From Polyangiales bacterium (lineage in GTDB: Bacteria > Myxococcota_A > Polyangia > Polyangiales > Houyiibacteriaceae): 64,000 nucleotides of DNA. Below, piece by piece: positions 1 to 9,361 of the stretch. The notes under the pieces are model-generated. The model searched no databases. It saw only the letters and a program-made list of their open reading frames with translations, and was not told the origin of the DNA. The stretch spans positions 9,548 to 73,547 of the forward strand of contig JBGCFM010000054.1 in the NCBI GenBank assembly GCA_045106895.1, written 5' to 3'. Position 1 is the first letter of the stretch; each line of letters starts with the position of its first letter. A program made the position numbers and the translations under genes.

Positions 1-917
1 AACCAAGTGAAATCGAAGTCTTGGTCGAGCGCTTCCGTCTCGAAGATGAGGGTGTTCGTGTTGAAGACCGGAATCGTCTCCTGATCGAAGGAGGGCGGAA
101 AACGAAACCCCTCCACGATCTGAAGCACATCATCGACAAAGGCCGGCGCGCCTCCGGCGTCGCCTGGCACCTTGGGTGCGTTCTCGACGCTCATGGAGAC
201 CTTCGCTTCGCGGTGCATCGCGATGAGCGCGGGATCGAGCGTCGCTGTGAGGTTGTCGACGTTGCTCATCACGAGCTGCTTGACGCCCGCTTCTCGGAGG
301 CGGCCAAGCGCGCCACTACGTCGAAGCGCCGAAGGCAAATCTCCGTGGCCCGTTGCGTGGAGCGATGGGTTTCCTGCGGCGTCGAGGAAGAGGTCTCCCT
401 CCGGTGTCAGCCGGGCTGAAATATGTTGCGCGAAGGTGTCCGTAGGACGTGACGCGCTTGCGGGCTCGGCGCTGATGGCGTTTCGGATCTCGGCGTCGGT
501 GGCGAAGCTCGTCATGAACAGGATCGGCACCGAGCCACCGGCGCGTGTCGCGGCAGCTTCCGCGTCCGCGAGCTTGAGCTGAAGGAAAGTCTGATCTCCG
601 ATGGCAGGGACGGTGGCTTTGACGACGCCCCCAAATCGCGTCGCCATGCCGCCGGCCAAAACCACCATCGCGACTTCGCCGGCGGCGATGGCCGCGTTGC
701 CCGCTGCCGTCAGTCGCTCGCGTTCCGGTGTACCAAGCGGGGGCAGATCCACGACGTCACCCGCCGAAGGGGCTCGAATGGCCCCTTGGACATGGTTTTC
801 CGACGACTTTGGCTTGTCGGTGGTGATTCGAGCGCGAAGGCCCTCAAAAACCACCGGATCGAACCCATACTGTTGAAGGATCTTGAGTGTGTCTGCGTCG
901 AAGATAAGCTCAGCCAT
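1..917 (-). CDS. UDPGP-family nucleotide-sugar pyrophosphorylase (UTP--glucose-1-phosphate uridylyltransferase-like); 3' end runs off the window
   Basis: Absent from the ORF track because it has no stop in the window. Manual translation from ATG 917: MAELIFDADTLK...VVLAGGMATRFGGVVKA...ILFMTSFAT...ATGHGDL...SNVDNL...LQIVEGFRF...FNTNT, the conserved motifs of the UDPGP family. Confidence 0.88.
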   Translation of the reverse strand, partial: MAELIFDADTLKILQQYGFDPVVFEGLRARITTDKPKSSENHVQGAIRAPSAGDVVDLPPLGTPERERLTAAGNAAIAAGEVAMVVLAGGMATRFGGVVKATVPAIGDQTFLQLKLADAEAAATRAGGSVPILFMTSFATDAEIRNAISAEPASASRPTDTFAQHISARLTPEGDLFLDAAGNPSLHATGHGDLPSALRRSGALGRLREAGVKQLVMSNVDNLTATLDPALIAMHREAKVSMSVENAPKVPGDAGGAPAFVDDVLQIVEGFRFPPSFDQETIPVFNTNTLIFETEALDQDFDFTW

Positions 918-1033
918 GATTGCTTCCGACCGAACCACGTTTGCTTGTCGTTGTAAATATCAACGAGACTGGACACTCGGGTACAACCGGGCTGAAGATG
1001 TTGGAGATGAGAGAGTGCACGCCCTCGCCCAAG

Positions 1034-1050
1034 TAGGCATCAGGATTGCA
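1034..1050 (+). promoter_or_regulatory. Putative sigma54 (-24/-12) promoter
   Basis: TAGGCATCAGGATTGCA: GG(1036-37)-N10-GC(1048-49), followed by an AGGAGG RBS and ATG 1086. Confidence 0.6.
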
Positions 1051-1085
1051 TACTCTCAAGGGGTACCAAGAGGAGGACGGATTTG

Positions 1086-1751
1086 ATGAAGAAGAATTAC
1101 TGGTTTGGCGTGTCGACCTTGGGGGCTGTGATGGTCCTCGGAGCTCTCAACATGGGCTGTTACGTCCGAGCGGCGCCTGCCCGGGCTACCGTTGTATCGA
1201 ATGCCCAAGTACAGGGCACCGTGGTGTACCAAGCTCCACCCGCAGCCCAGGTCGTCGCGCAACGTCCACCTGCTCCCTACGGGAACGCGGTTTGGGTTGA
1301 AGGGCACTACGAATGGAACGGAGCCCAGCACGTTTGGGTCCAGGGTTATTACGTTCAGGGCCGCGCCGGTTACTCCTACAACCAACCCCGCTGGGTTCGT
1401 CAGGGCAACGGATATGTCTATAACCAGGGCGGTTTTGTTCGGGGCGGGCGCGGTGGCGTAGTGGTCCAGACACGCCGACAAGCACCTCGTGCACGTCGCG
1501 TGGCGCCTCGTCGAGGCGGAGTGGTCGTGCAGACCCGAGGGCGTGGTCGTCGCACCGTCGTTCGAAACAATGGCCGTGGCCGAACCGTCGTGCGAACCAA
1601 CAACCGCGGGACGCGTCAGCGCGCAGTGGTTCAGCCTCGACGCCGCGCTCAGCCGCGAGGTCGAGCACAGCGGCGCAACAATCGTCGCGGAACCACCACG
1701 CGACGCACTACGACACGGCGCGGCGGCCGCGCAGTTCTTCGTGTGAACTAG
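1086..1751 (+). CDS. YXWGXW(WXXGXW)-repeat lipoprotein with Arg-rich C-terminal tail
   Basis: AGGAGG RBS; signal peptide ending LNMGC; repeats WVEGHYEW, WVQGYY, PRWVR; low-complexity R/G/V tail. Confidence 0.8.
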   Translation: MKKNYWFGVSTLGAVMVLGALNMGCYVRAAPARATVVSNAQVQGTVVYQAPPAAQVVAQRPPAPYGNAVWVEGHYEWNGAQHVWVQGYYVQGRAGYSYNQPRWVRQGNGYVYNQGGFVRGGRGGVVVQTRRQAPRARRVAPRRGGVVVQTRGRGRRTVVRNNGRGRTVVRTNNRGTRQRAVVQPRRRAQPRGRAQRRNNRRGTTTRRTTTRRGGRAVLRVN

Positions 1752-1761
1752 CGCGTACACC

Positions 1762-1852
1762 GGTTCACATCCCTTCTTGGGGATGTGAACCCGCGTTGAT
1801 ACCGATACTGTCCTCCTGGCGAGGTTCCAAGCAGCAGCTTGGGACCTCGTTT
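1762..1852 (+). terminator. Two tandem hairpins after the YXWGXW gene; the second is a probable intrinsic terminator
   Basis: GGTTCACATCCC/GGGATGTGAACC 12-bp stem (1762-1791); CGAGGTTCCAAGC/GCTTGGGACCTCG 13-bp stem (1820-1849) followed by TTTC. Confidence 0.6.
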
Positions 1853-1947
1853 CAATTGCGCGGGGCACGAGTCGGGAAGAAGAAGTCACCTGTCGCGCGT
1901 TTTGCTCAGAAGATGGCCAAAGCGATCGAGGGGGGTAGGGTACAGAG

Positions 1948-4900
1948 ATGGCCAGGCAGGCGCTGATATCGAAAGCTGGGCTCTGTGCACTCTTGTTCGC
2001 TTGCGGGGGCCCCGCGGCTCCAGGCGCGCCTGGGGCTCAAGGAAATGTGGTGCAAGGCGCGGAAGGTGAAGCCGCCTGCCCGTCGACGCTGCGAATCCCC
2101 GCGCCCCTCCCGAACGTTCAGCCGAACGAGCGGACCGAGTCCTATTGGGTTGGGCGATATGAGGAGGAGGAGCGCGACCTTGATGCCACGCTCTTGAGCG
2201 AAGCGGAAATCCAGGCGCACAACACGTCGATGGAGAACGGCGAGCCGCCGCTCATGCCAAGTGTTCTCTCGTCGCCGCCGGAGGCTGGGAATATGCGCGC
2301 CCAACTCCAAGAGCGTCTCGGTTACATGCGGCAGCGGATCGAGGCGGGCGAGTACCTCAACGCGGATGGATCGACGCCCGACGTCGCGAACTTTGCGGTT
2401 CCGGGAGAGCTGGACTTGGCGCCTTCGCTGCGAGTTGCCACAGGCATCGTCCCTGTTCACTGCGGGCCTCGCGCCGAGTCGATTCTCAAGGGCAGCATGG
2501 ACCCCGATTTCGACCGAAACCTTTGCTTCACCGTTCGTGCTCAGGAGCCCATCGAGTTGCTTCGGGAGTGGGAGGGCGGACTCCTCCTCGCGAGAACGGA
2601 CTACGGCCTCGGGTTCGTCGAGGCGAACGCGCCCCTCACGCCTGACGTTGGAAGCGATGCAGAGGTGCGCCACGCGGTGCTTCACTCGTCACGCAGCACG
2701 GTCCGGGAGAGTGCCCTGGTCGCGGGCACCACGGTGCCAGTTGGCGCTTTGCTTCCGCGAGAGTTTCGGGAGTGCGAAGAGTGTGACGAGCCAGGGATGG
2801 AGGCGACGACGAACTTCCTCGTCGCGACCGCAGAAGGGCTGACGCCACGTCCGGCTACTGAGTTTCGTGTGGAGGCCCCGCAGGCGCTGACGCGGCGAGC
2901 GTTCTTGAACGAGGCCTTTTCTCTTTTGGACGAACCTTACGGTTGGGGGGGGCGCGCCGGGGGGCGCGATTGCTCCCGCGCGCTTATGGACATCTTCGCG
3001 CGTTTCGGGCTGCGAGTTCCGCGACATAGCGCTGTCCAGGCGCAAGCTGGGACGTACGTCGTGGATGTGAGCGAGATGTCGAACGCCGACAAGGTGCTGC
3101 TCTTCGAATCCGCCGCGGAGCAGGGGGTCGTGCTCCTGCACTTTCCTGGTCACATCATGCACTACCTTGGCCTCTCCAACGGACGGCCAATGATCCTTCA
3201 CTCGTTCAGCGAGTACCTGACGCCCTGCCCAAACAGCGACGATGAAACGGTCAACCGCGTCGATCGCGTGGATGTGAGTGACATGACGTTGGGCGAAGGC
3301 TCTTCGAGGACGGACTTTCTCTCCCGCACGACCCACGTGACGGTTTTCGGTTCGACGGCCGGCGCAATCGCCGGCGCTGCGCAACCTCGTTCTGTGGTGC
3401 CTCCGTCTTTGCCCGGCGCCGGTGTGATGTGTGACGACGGTCTCGACAACGCGATCTTTCGCTCACCGTTTCGCCCGAACCCCACGCAGCCACTTCGTGT
3501 GATCGCAACGCTGACGGAAGATCCGGGTCCCGTCGCATTTCAAGTATTTGGGCCGGACGGCGAGCCTGCGGAAGGAAGCGTCCACGTCCTTGGCGGGCCT
3601 CCCTACACTCACTGGTTCGAAATCGAGCGGCCGGTCCCAGGTCGCTACGTGGCCGTGCTCGGTGACGGTCCGCGAACCGTCGCATGTGAACGCTTTACCG
3701 TGGCTCGGTCCCCGCCAGCGCTCTCGCCGCGGGAGCCCGTGGGCCCGGCGTGGGAGAGCGTGTGGTCCTGGGAGCGCGATACTGAGAACCTCTACTCGGC
3801 GTTCGTGGAGCAGCTCTTTCTAGAGCCACGCGATGAAGACCCAACATGGAACAACCTTCAAGAGCTGCTCCGGGATCCCGCGCGAAATCTGCTCTTTAAT
3901 CATCGGCACATGAATGAAGACCTCGAACTGAGGCTGATCCCGGACTGCGCGGACCTTCCGTATTTTCTGCGTTCCTACTTCGCATGGAAGGTGAAGTTGC
4001 CCTTTGCGTGGCGGCAGTGTCGTCGGGGGCGCGAGGGCCAACCGCCGCTCTGTGAAGAGGTGCCGAGTTCCAACATGATGGAGGTCGAGGCGAGTTCGGA
4101 CCTGGATGCATACCGTCAGGCGGTGCGGGTGATCGGGCGAAACGTGCACTCGTCCACGGACCGCACGCGTCCTTTGGACGAGAATACCGACGTCTATCCG
4201 GTTGCCCTCGACCGTTACTCGCTGCGACCCGGGACCATCTTCGCGGATCCCTATGGACATATCATCATCATCGCTGGCTGGCGGCCTCAAGGGATCTCCG
4301 AGTACGGCGTGCTCGTCGGCGCCGACGCGCAGCCCGACGGGACCGTTGGGCGACGTCGTTTCTGGCGCGGGTCGTTTCTCTTTACGCCCGACACCCAGCA
4401 TTCCGGCGCCGGGTTCAAGGCTTGGCGCCCGGTGCGATACAACCGGCCCGACCAGGTGATCGAACTTGCCACCAATTCGGAGCTTCGAGACAGCGACGTC
4501 TACACACGCATCAGCGAAGAGCAATACGCTGGAAGCGCGGATGATTTCTACGACCGTGTGGACGCGCTCATCAACGCGCGGCCGCTGCCGGCGATGGCCG
4601 TGATGGAATCCCGCGTGGACGCGCTCCTTGAGTCCGTCGAGCGTCGGATCACGAGCGTCAACAACGGCGAGGAGTGGGTTGTTGCCCATGGACCACGCAT
4701 GGAGATGCCTGACGGAGCATCGATTTTTCAAACGGAAGGGCCATGGGAAGAGTACGCGACGCCGAGCCGCGACATGCGCCTGCTCATCTCCATCGACGCC
4801 GTCGCGAACTTTCCCGCCGCCGTGCGACGCGGGCCCGAACGCTTCGGGATCTCTGCGGCGGACGTGGATGTCCGCGTGGCTGAGATCGAAGGGGAGCTTG

Positions 4901-5160
4901 CGGAGCTTCTCGACGCGCGAAGTGTGCGCTACCGCCGGTCTGACGGGGTGGAGCAGACGCTCACTTTGGCGGAAGTGGTCGCGCGGGCACGGGGATTGGA
5001 GATGGCTTACAACCCCAACGACTGCGTGGAGATCCGGTGGGGGGCGCCCGCAAACGGGGACGAGATGCGTTCGTGCCGGCGTCACGCTCCTCCCGCCCAA
5101 AGAGCAAAGATGCAACGACTTCGCGAGTGGTTCAGCTCGCGCCAACGTCCCGCGCGTTGA
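1948..5160 (+). CDS. Large lipoprotein: SH3-like plus NlpC/P60 peptidoglycan peptidase domain, followed by a second putative papain-like domain
   Basis: Lipobox LLFAC; NlpC/P60 motifs PYGWGG...RDCS and PGHIMHYLG; C-terminal half has DCADLPYFLRSYFAW and DPYGHIII. Confidence 0.8.
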   Translation: MARQALISKAGLCALLFACGGPAAPGAPGAQGNVVQGAEGEAACPSTLRIPAPLPNVQPNERTESYWVGRYEEEERDLDATLLSEAEIQAHNTSMENGEPPLMPSVLSSPPEAGNMRAQLQERLGYMRQRIEAGEYLNADGSTPDVANFAVPGELDLAPSLRVATGIVPVHCGPRAESILKGSMDPDFDRNLCFTVRAQEPIELLREWEGGLLLARTDYGLGFVEANAPLTPDVGSDAEVRHAVLHSSRSTVRESALVAGTTVPVGALLPREFRECEECDEPGMEATTNFLVATAEGLTPRPATEFRVEAPQALTRRAFLNEAFSLLDEPYGWGGRAGGRDCSRALMDIFARFGLRVPRHSAVQAQAGTYVVDVSEMSNADKVLLFESAAEQGVVLLHFPGHIMHYLGLSNGRPMILHSFSEYLTPCPNSDDETVNRVDRVDVSDMTLGEGSSRTDFLSRTTHVTVFGSTAGAIAGAAQPRSVVPPSLPGAGVMCDDGLDNAIFRSPFRPNPTQPLRVIATLTEDPGPVAFQVFGPDGEPAEGSVHVLGGPPYTHWFEIERPVPGRYVAVLGDGPRTVACERFTVARSPPALSPREPVGPAWESVWSWERDTENLYSAFVEQLFLEPRDEDPTWNNLQELLRDPARNLLFNHRHMNEDLELRLIPDCADLPYFLRSYFAWKVKLPFAWRQCRRGREGQPPLCEEVPSSNMMEVEASSDLDAYRQAVRVIGRNVHSSTDRTRPLDENTDVYPVALDRYSLRPGTIFADPYGHIIIIAGWRPQGISEYGVLVGADAQPDGTVGRRRFWRGSFLFTPDTQHSGAGFKAWRPVRYNRPDQVIELATNSELRDSDVYTRISEEQYAGSADDFYDRVDALINARPLPAMAVMESRVDALLESVERRITSVNNGEEWVVAHGPRMEMPDGASIFQTEGPWEEYATPSRDMRLLISIDAVANFPAAVRRGPERFGISAADVDVRVAEIEGELAELLDARSVRYRRSDGVEQTLTLAEVVARARGLEMAYNPNDCVEIRWGAPANGDEMRSCRRHAPPAQRAKMQRLREWFSSRQRPAR

Positions 5161-5216
5161 TGTCTCGGCAGACGGCGCCCCTTGAACTCACGTGCGGCGC
5201 CGATAGAGTCGCGCGT

Positions 5217-6146
5217 ATGCCGCGCTACCACATTGCCGAAACGCTCCCCATCTCGCTTCCGGCGGAGGAGGTGCACGCAAAGCTCTCCGACTTTCGCGAC
5301 TGGCCGTCTTGGTCGCCGTGGACCTACATGGAGAAGGCAGTGCGGCTTGAATATACCGAGGACGCGGGCGTCGCCGGACACGGGTACTCCTGGGAAGGAG
5401 ATGTCACGGGCTCGGGTTCCATGACGCTCAAGTCCACCACGTCATCGGAGCTGGTGATGGATCTGGACTTCGTGAAGCCCTTCAAGTCCCACGCGAAGAT
5501 ACGCTTCGATGTCGTGGCGAAGGGCGACGCGACGGACGTCACGTGGCACATGGACGGCAGCATGCCGTTCTTTCTCTTCTGGATGATCCCGACGATGAAA
5601 GCGATGCTGGGGTCTGACTTTGCCCGTGGATTGAAGCTCTTCAAGGAGCACGCAGAGGAGGACGTGGTTCGCTCACGAACGGAGGTCGTCGGTGTGGTGG
5701 ACGTCGATACGAAGAGTTTCGTCGCGGTGCGCGACACCGTCGCCGTCGCGGACTTGGGGCCCTCGATGCGGAAGACTCTGCCGCAGGCGTTCGAGGCTGC
5801 GAGCAGCCGTGGGTTTACGCCGGCGGGCCCGCCGATGTCCGTGATCCACAACTTCGATATGAAGGCTCAACGCTGCGAATACTCCGCGGCGATTCCAGTG
5901 AGTGGCGAAGGCAGCGTGAACGCGCCGGCGGAAAAGGGCCGCATTCGAGGCTGTCGTGCTCTCAAGGTCGTGCACACCGGCGCCTACGAGCATCTTAGCA
6001 ATGCGTGGGCCACAGCCAAGGCTCACCAGCGCCACCTGAAGCTCAAAGACTCAAAGGTGCAGGGGCCCTTCGAGGTGTACATGAACGATCCGAGCGACAC
6101 CGCGGCGGAAGCGCTGTTAACGGAAATCTATTTGCCTATTCGTTAA
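5217..6146 (+). CDS. SRPBCC/START domain plus GyrI-like small-molecule-binding domain protein
   Basis: DFRDWPSWSPW, YSWEG and MLGSDFARGLKLFK in the N-terminal half; HTGAYEHLSNAW and FEVYMNDP...TEIYLPI in the C-terminal half; start re-assigned to ATG 5217. Confidence 0.85.
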   Translation: MPRYHIAETLPISLPAEEVHAKLSDFRDWPSWSPWTYMEKAVRLEYTEDAGVAGHGYSWEGDVTGSGSMTLKSTTSSELVMDLDFVKPFKSHAKIRFDVVAKGDATDVTWHMDGSMPFFLFWMIPTMKAMLGSDFARGLKLFKEHAEEDVVRSRTEVVGVVDVDTKSFVAVRDTVAVADLGPSMRKTLPQAFEAASSRGFTPAGPPMSVIHNFDMKAQRCEYSAAIPVSGEGSVNAPAEKGRIRGCRALKVVHTGAYEHLSNAWATAKAHQRHLKLKDSKVQGPFEVYMNDPSDTAAEALLTEIYLPIR

Positions 6147-6215
6147 TCTCTAACGATCGCTCGGAGAGACTTCACTAGAATGTCAGGCCCGGTCTAGAGC
6201 GCGGAGCCCAGCTAC

Positions 6216-7316
6216 ATGAACACGATTTCTCGCGCGTGGCGCACTCTCCTTCTTGTGTGCGTTGCCTTTTCGATGAGCTGCGGCGTGGAGACCGCCACGT
6301 TCGGATCGCGAACGGACCCAATCGTCGGCGGAGTCGAGGTAGGGGTGTGCGGGTTTCCGACCACGGTGCTCGTCGGCGATGGATGCACCGGCACATTGAT
6401 TCACCCGCGCGTGGTGGTGACCGCTGCTCATTGCGGCAACCCCCGGACCGTTGGCTTCGGAGAGCGAGAAGGCGCCACCATCGATCGAAGCGTGACCTGC
6501 ATGAGCGTTCCCGGAAGCGGCACCGGCGCCGACGTTCAGTTCTGCGTGCTCGACGAGCCGATGGAAGCGCTCCCGCTCACGCCGATCCTCTACGGCTGCG
6601 AAGTCGATGAGCTTGCCGTGGGCGACGAGGTTGTGATCACTGGTTTTGGGCTCACTTCGTTCGGCACCAACACGTTTGGAACGCAACGCTGGAGCTACGC
6701 ACCGATACGCGATATTCGCAGCGATGTATCGCTCATCGGAACGCCGAGCGCCTCGGCCTGTCCAGGTGACTCCGGTGGGCCGGTCTTTGTGCGGATGGCG
6801 GATTCGACCTGGCGCGTCTTTGGCACCGTGTCCGGCGGCACGACGGGGATTCCGTGCAATGGCGACGGTGCCTACCCGTTGATTCACCAACACGTTCCTT
6901 GGTTCGAGGAGACGAGCGGCATCGACATCACGCCATGTCACGACGTCGACGGAACATGGAACCCAGGGCCGGAGTGCACGGGTTTCTTCGCTGGAGATCA
7001 TTCTGGCGGCCAGCTCTGGGCGGACGCATGCGCTGGCGCGCCAGTCGGCGGGCCCTCGGCGACGTGCGGGGAAGCGTTCACGGTGGAAGAGCCTGATGCG
7101 GGACCGATGATCTCGGACGCGGGCACCGCCGACGCTGGGGCATCGGACGCGGGCGCTTCGGACGCGGGAAGTGTCGGGGATGCTGGGCCTGGCCCCTTCG
7201 ACGCGGGCGTCGAGCTCGGCGAAGGGGATGGTGGGTGCGCCGTCGGGCATGGCTCCACAGCGCCGGCCATCGCGTTTGGCTTCGTGCTCCTGCTGGGTGT
7301 TCGAAGGCGCCGCTAG
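6216..7316 (+). CDS. Trypsin-like (S1) serine protease with MYXO-CTERM sorting signal
   Basis: IVGG mature N-terminus, TAAHC, GDSGGP; DAG linker; C-terminal GGCAV...hydrophobic...RRRR. Confidence 0.9.
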   Translation: MNTISRAWRTLLLVCVAFSMSCGVETATFGSRTDPIVGGVEVGVCGFPTTVLVGDGCTGTLIHPRVVVTAAHCGNPRTVGFGEREGATIDRSVTCMSVPGSGTGADVQFCVLDEPMEALPLTPILYGCEVDELAVGDEVVITGFGLTSFGTNTFGTQRWSYAPIRDIRSDVSLIGTPSASACPGDSGGPVFVRMADSTWRVFGTVSGGTTGIPCNGDGAYPLIHQHVPWFEETSGIDITPCHDVDGTWNPGPECTGFFAGDHSGGQLWADACAGAPVGGPSATCGEAFTVEEPDAGPMISDAGTADAGASDAGASDAGSVGDAGPGPFDAGVELGEGDGGCAVGHGSTAPAIAFGFVLLLGVRRRR

Positions 7317-7346
7317 CTTGGTTTCGTGTCGCGAGCAATACGTGCG

Positions 7347-8342
7347 CTAGGCACGGAGGAGCCAGTCCACCACCTGTGTCTCCACGCTCTGCCCCTTGGA
7401 TTCCGGCGAGAGCGGCAAGACTTTTGGAAACCCTACGTGACCACCTTCGCGAAGCACGACGGTGGTCACTGCAGAGTCATCGCCGGACTGTGCTTTGAGA
7501 ACGGCTGCGGCGCTCGAGTAGGGGACCATCGGGTCGAACTCGGCGGCGACGATGAGTGTCGGGCGCGTGATGTCTTTCAATCTTGGGCCCGCGCTCTGGG
7601 ACTCCCAATAGTGTTCCGCGTTGTCAAAACCGAAATGCGGTGCGACGACGCGTGTATCCCACTCGCGAATCGTTTTCGCACCCGCCGCCACCGAAGGAGC
7701 GCAGGGGAGGGGGCGTCCACGTTTTGCGTAGGCCGCAAAAATCTCTTTCAACCCCTTGAGCACGTGGCGCCGATACGGGGCGTACGGCGCGCGGTCGATA
7801 TGCGCCACGCCGGGGGCGAGCATCACGGGCGGGCAGATGGCGCCAAACGAACGGACGCGTTCGTCGCTGGGAGCCTCCGCAAAACGAAGCGTGAGGTGAC
7901 CGCCGAGGGAGTACCCGAGGATGTGAATGCGCCGAAAGTTCGCGAGCGAGTCCGCCTGAAGCAATTCGTCGAGGTCCTCGCGAAGACCCGCGTGGTAGAT
8001 ATCGTCACCGTTGCGGTTGGCACCCCGAAGGTTGATTCGAAGGCAGGCGGCGCCTGCGCGAACGGCGGCCCAGGCGGCATCTTTGGTGTAGCCGCTGTGG
8101 ATGCTGCCGCCGAGACCATGAACGACGATGATCAGCGCCGTGTCCTCATGCGCCACAGTCTCACTCGGGAGGTGGAGTTCACCGCTGAGGGTGACGTCTC
8201 CTACGTTTGCCTTGAAGGTGTGTTGAAAAGGAACCCCCGCCGGCGCTGTCGGTGGATACAGCGCACGGACAACCTGTGGCGCCAAGGTCCAGTAGTTGCC
8301 TTGAATGGCTCCGAAGAGCGCGCGTCGTTTTCCCATGTTCAC
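7347..8342 (-). CDS. YheT-like alpha/beta hydrolase
   Basis: VHGLGGS, GYSLGG nucleophile elbow, DPMV, GGHVGF; start overlaps the LysR stop (GTGA). Confidence 0.85.
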   Translation of the reverse strand: MNMGKRRALFGAIQGNYWTLAPQVVRALYPPTAPAGVPFQHTFKANVGDVTLSGELHLPSETVAHEDTALIIVVHGLGGSIHSGYTKDAAWAAVRAGAACLRINLRGANRNGDDIYHAGLREDLDELLQADSLANFRRIHILGYSLGGHLTLRFAEAPSDERVRSFGAICPPVMLAPGVAHIDRAPYAPYRRHVLKGLKEIFAAYAKRGRPLPCAPSVAAGAKTIREWDTRVVAPHFGFDNAEHYWESQSAGPRLKDITRPTLIVAAEFDPMVPYSSAAAVLKAQSGDDSAVTTVVLREGGHVGFPKVLPLSPESKGQSVETQVVDWLLRA

Positions 8343-9193
8343 ACGTTTGGGAGAGTTGCGAGGACCGCCTCGGCGAAGAGGTCGGCGCGCGATGGAAGAG
8401 AGAGGGGCGTGCGGCGAACCATGTAGAGCACGCTCGACGACATCTCTTTGGAGAGACCCAAAGGGGTGAGACCGTTCGCCTTGCCCACGACGACTGGCAG
8501 CACCGCAGCGTATGGGGCGCCGGTTCGGACCACGTCGATGGCCACCTGCATAAGGTCCACGCGAAGTCCGATGCTACGCTTGCGGTCCGCGGGCCAAGCG
8601 TCGGGAGTTTGGCCCCGCTCGTCGAGGGTCGGGGCGACGAAGGTCGCGTTCTCCAGAGTGACCTTCGATGACGCCACAAAGACGTCATGGTCCAGATCCA
8701 TGATGCGCGTCGTGACGATTCCTTCGTCTTCGATCGCGTCATCGCTGAGGGCCACGTCGAGTTGGCCGCGGCGAAGTCGCGCAGAGAGCGAACCATGATT
8801 GTGGATATGCACCGTGATGTTGGGGTGCTCTTCGCCCAGCCATCGCATCGCTGGCACGAGGAAAATAGGCGTGAAAGGGGACGGTGCGCAGCAATGGATG
8901 GGCCCACGATGCTCGTCGCCGCTCGCGACCAGCAGGGCTTCGTGGACGACCCGCATGGCCTCTCGGGTTGCCTGGAGAAACGCCGCGCCGGTGTCGTTGA
9001 GGCGAATCTGTCGCCCGGCGCGGTCGAAGAGTTGAGTGCCGATTTCGTCTTCGAGCAGCCGAATCGTGCGCGAAAGGGACGATGCCGTGATGTTGAGGCG
9101 CTTTGACGCGGTTGGCAGGTGTTCGGACTCCGCCACGGCGCGGAACGCGGGAAGCCAGGACCAAAACGCTGCGAGTCGGCGTACGCGTTGCAC
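8339..9193 (-). CDS. LysR-family transcriptional regulator
   Basis: HTH FRAVAESEHLPTASKRLNITASSLSRTIRLLEDEIGTQLFDRAGRQIRL; start probably GTG 9193 or 9199 (track ORF over-extended); divergent from the RND operon. Confidence 0.88.
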   Translation of the reverse strand: MQRVRRLAAFWSWLPAFRAVAESEHLPTASKRLNITASSLSRTIRLLEDEIGTQLFDRAGRQIRLNDTGAAFLQATREAMRVVHEALLVASGDEHRGPIHCCAPSPFTPIFLVPAMRWLGEEHPNITVHIHNHGSLSARLRRGQLDVALSDDAIEDEGIVTTRIMDLDHDVFVASSKVTLENATFVAPTLDERGQTPDAWPADRKRSIGLRVDLMQVAIDVVRTGAPYAAVLPVVVGKANGLTPLGLSKEMSSSVLYMVRRTPLSLPSRADLFAEAVLATLPNV

Positions 9194-9361
9194 TGCCACC
9201 CGGTATAGCAAGCTTGGGGCGTATTGCCTGCGTTTATGCCGTTTGCGCCGTGCCCTGGAGGGCGTAAATAGCCTGATAACGCATTCGGTCGTGCGACGAC
9301 CCACGTACAACCCCCGCTTGCGTAACCTCTTTCCACCTGCCCCTACGGCGGAGACCTCACG

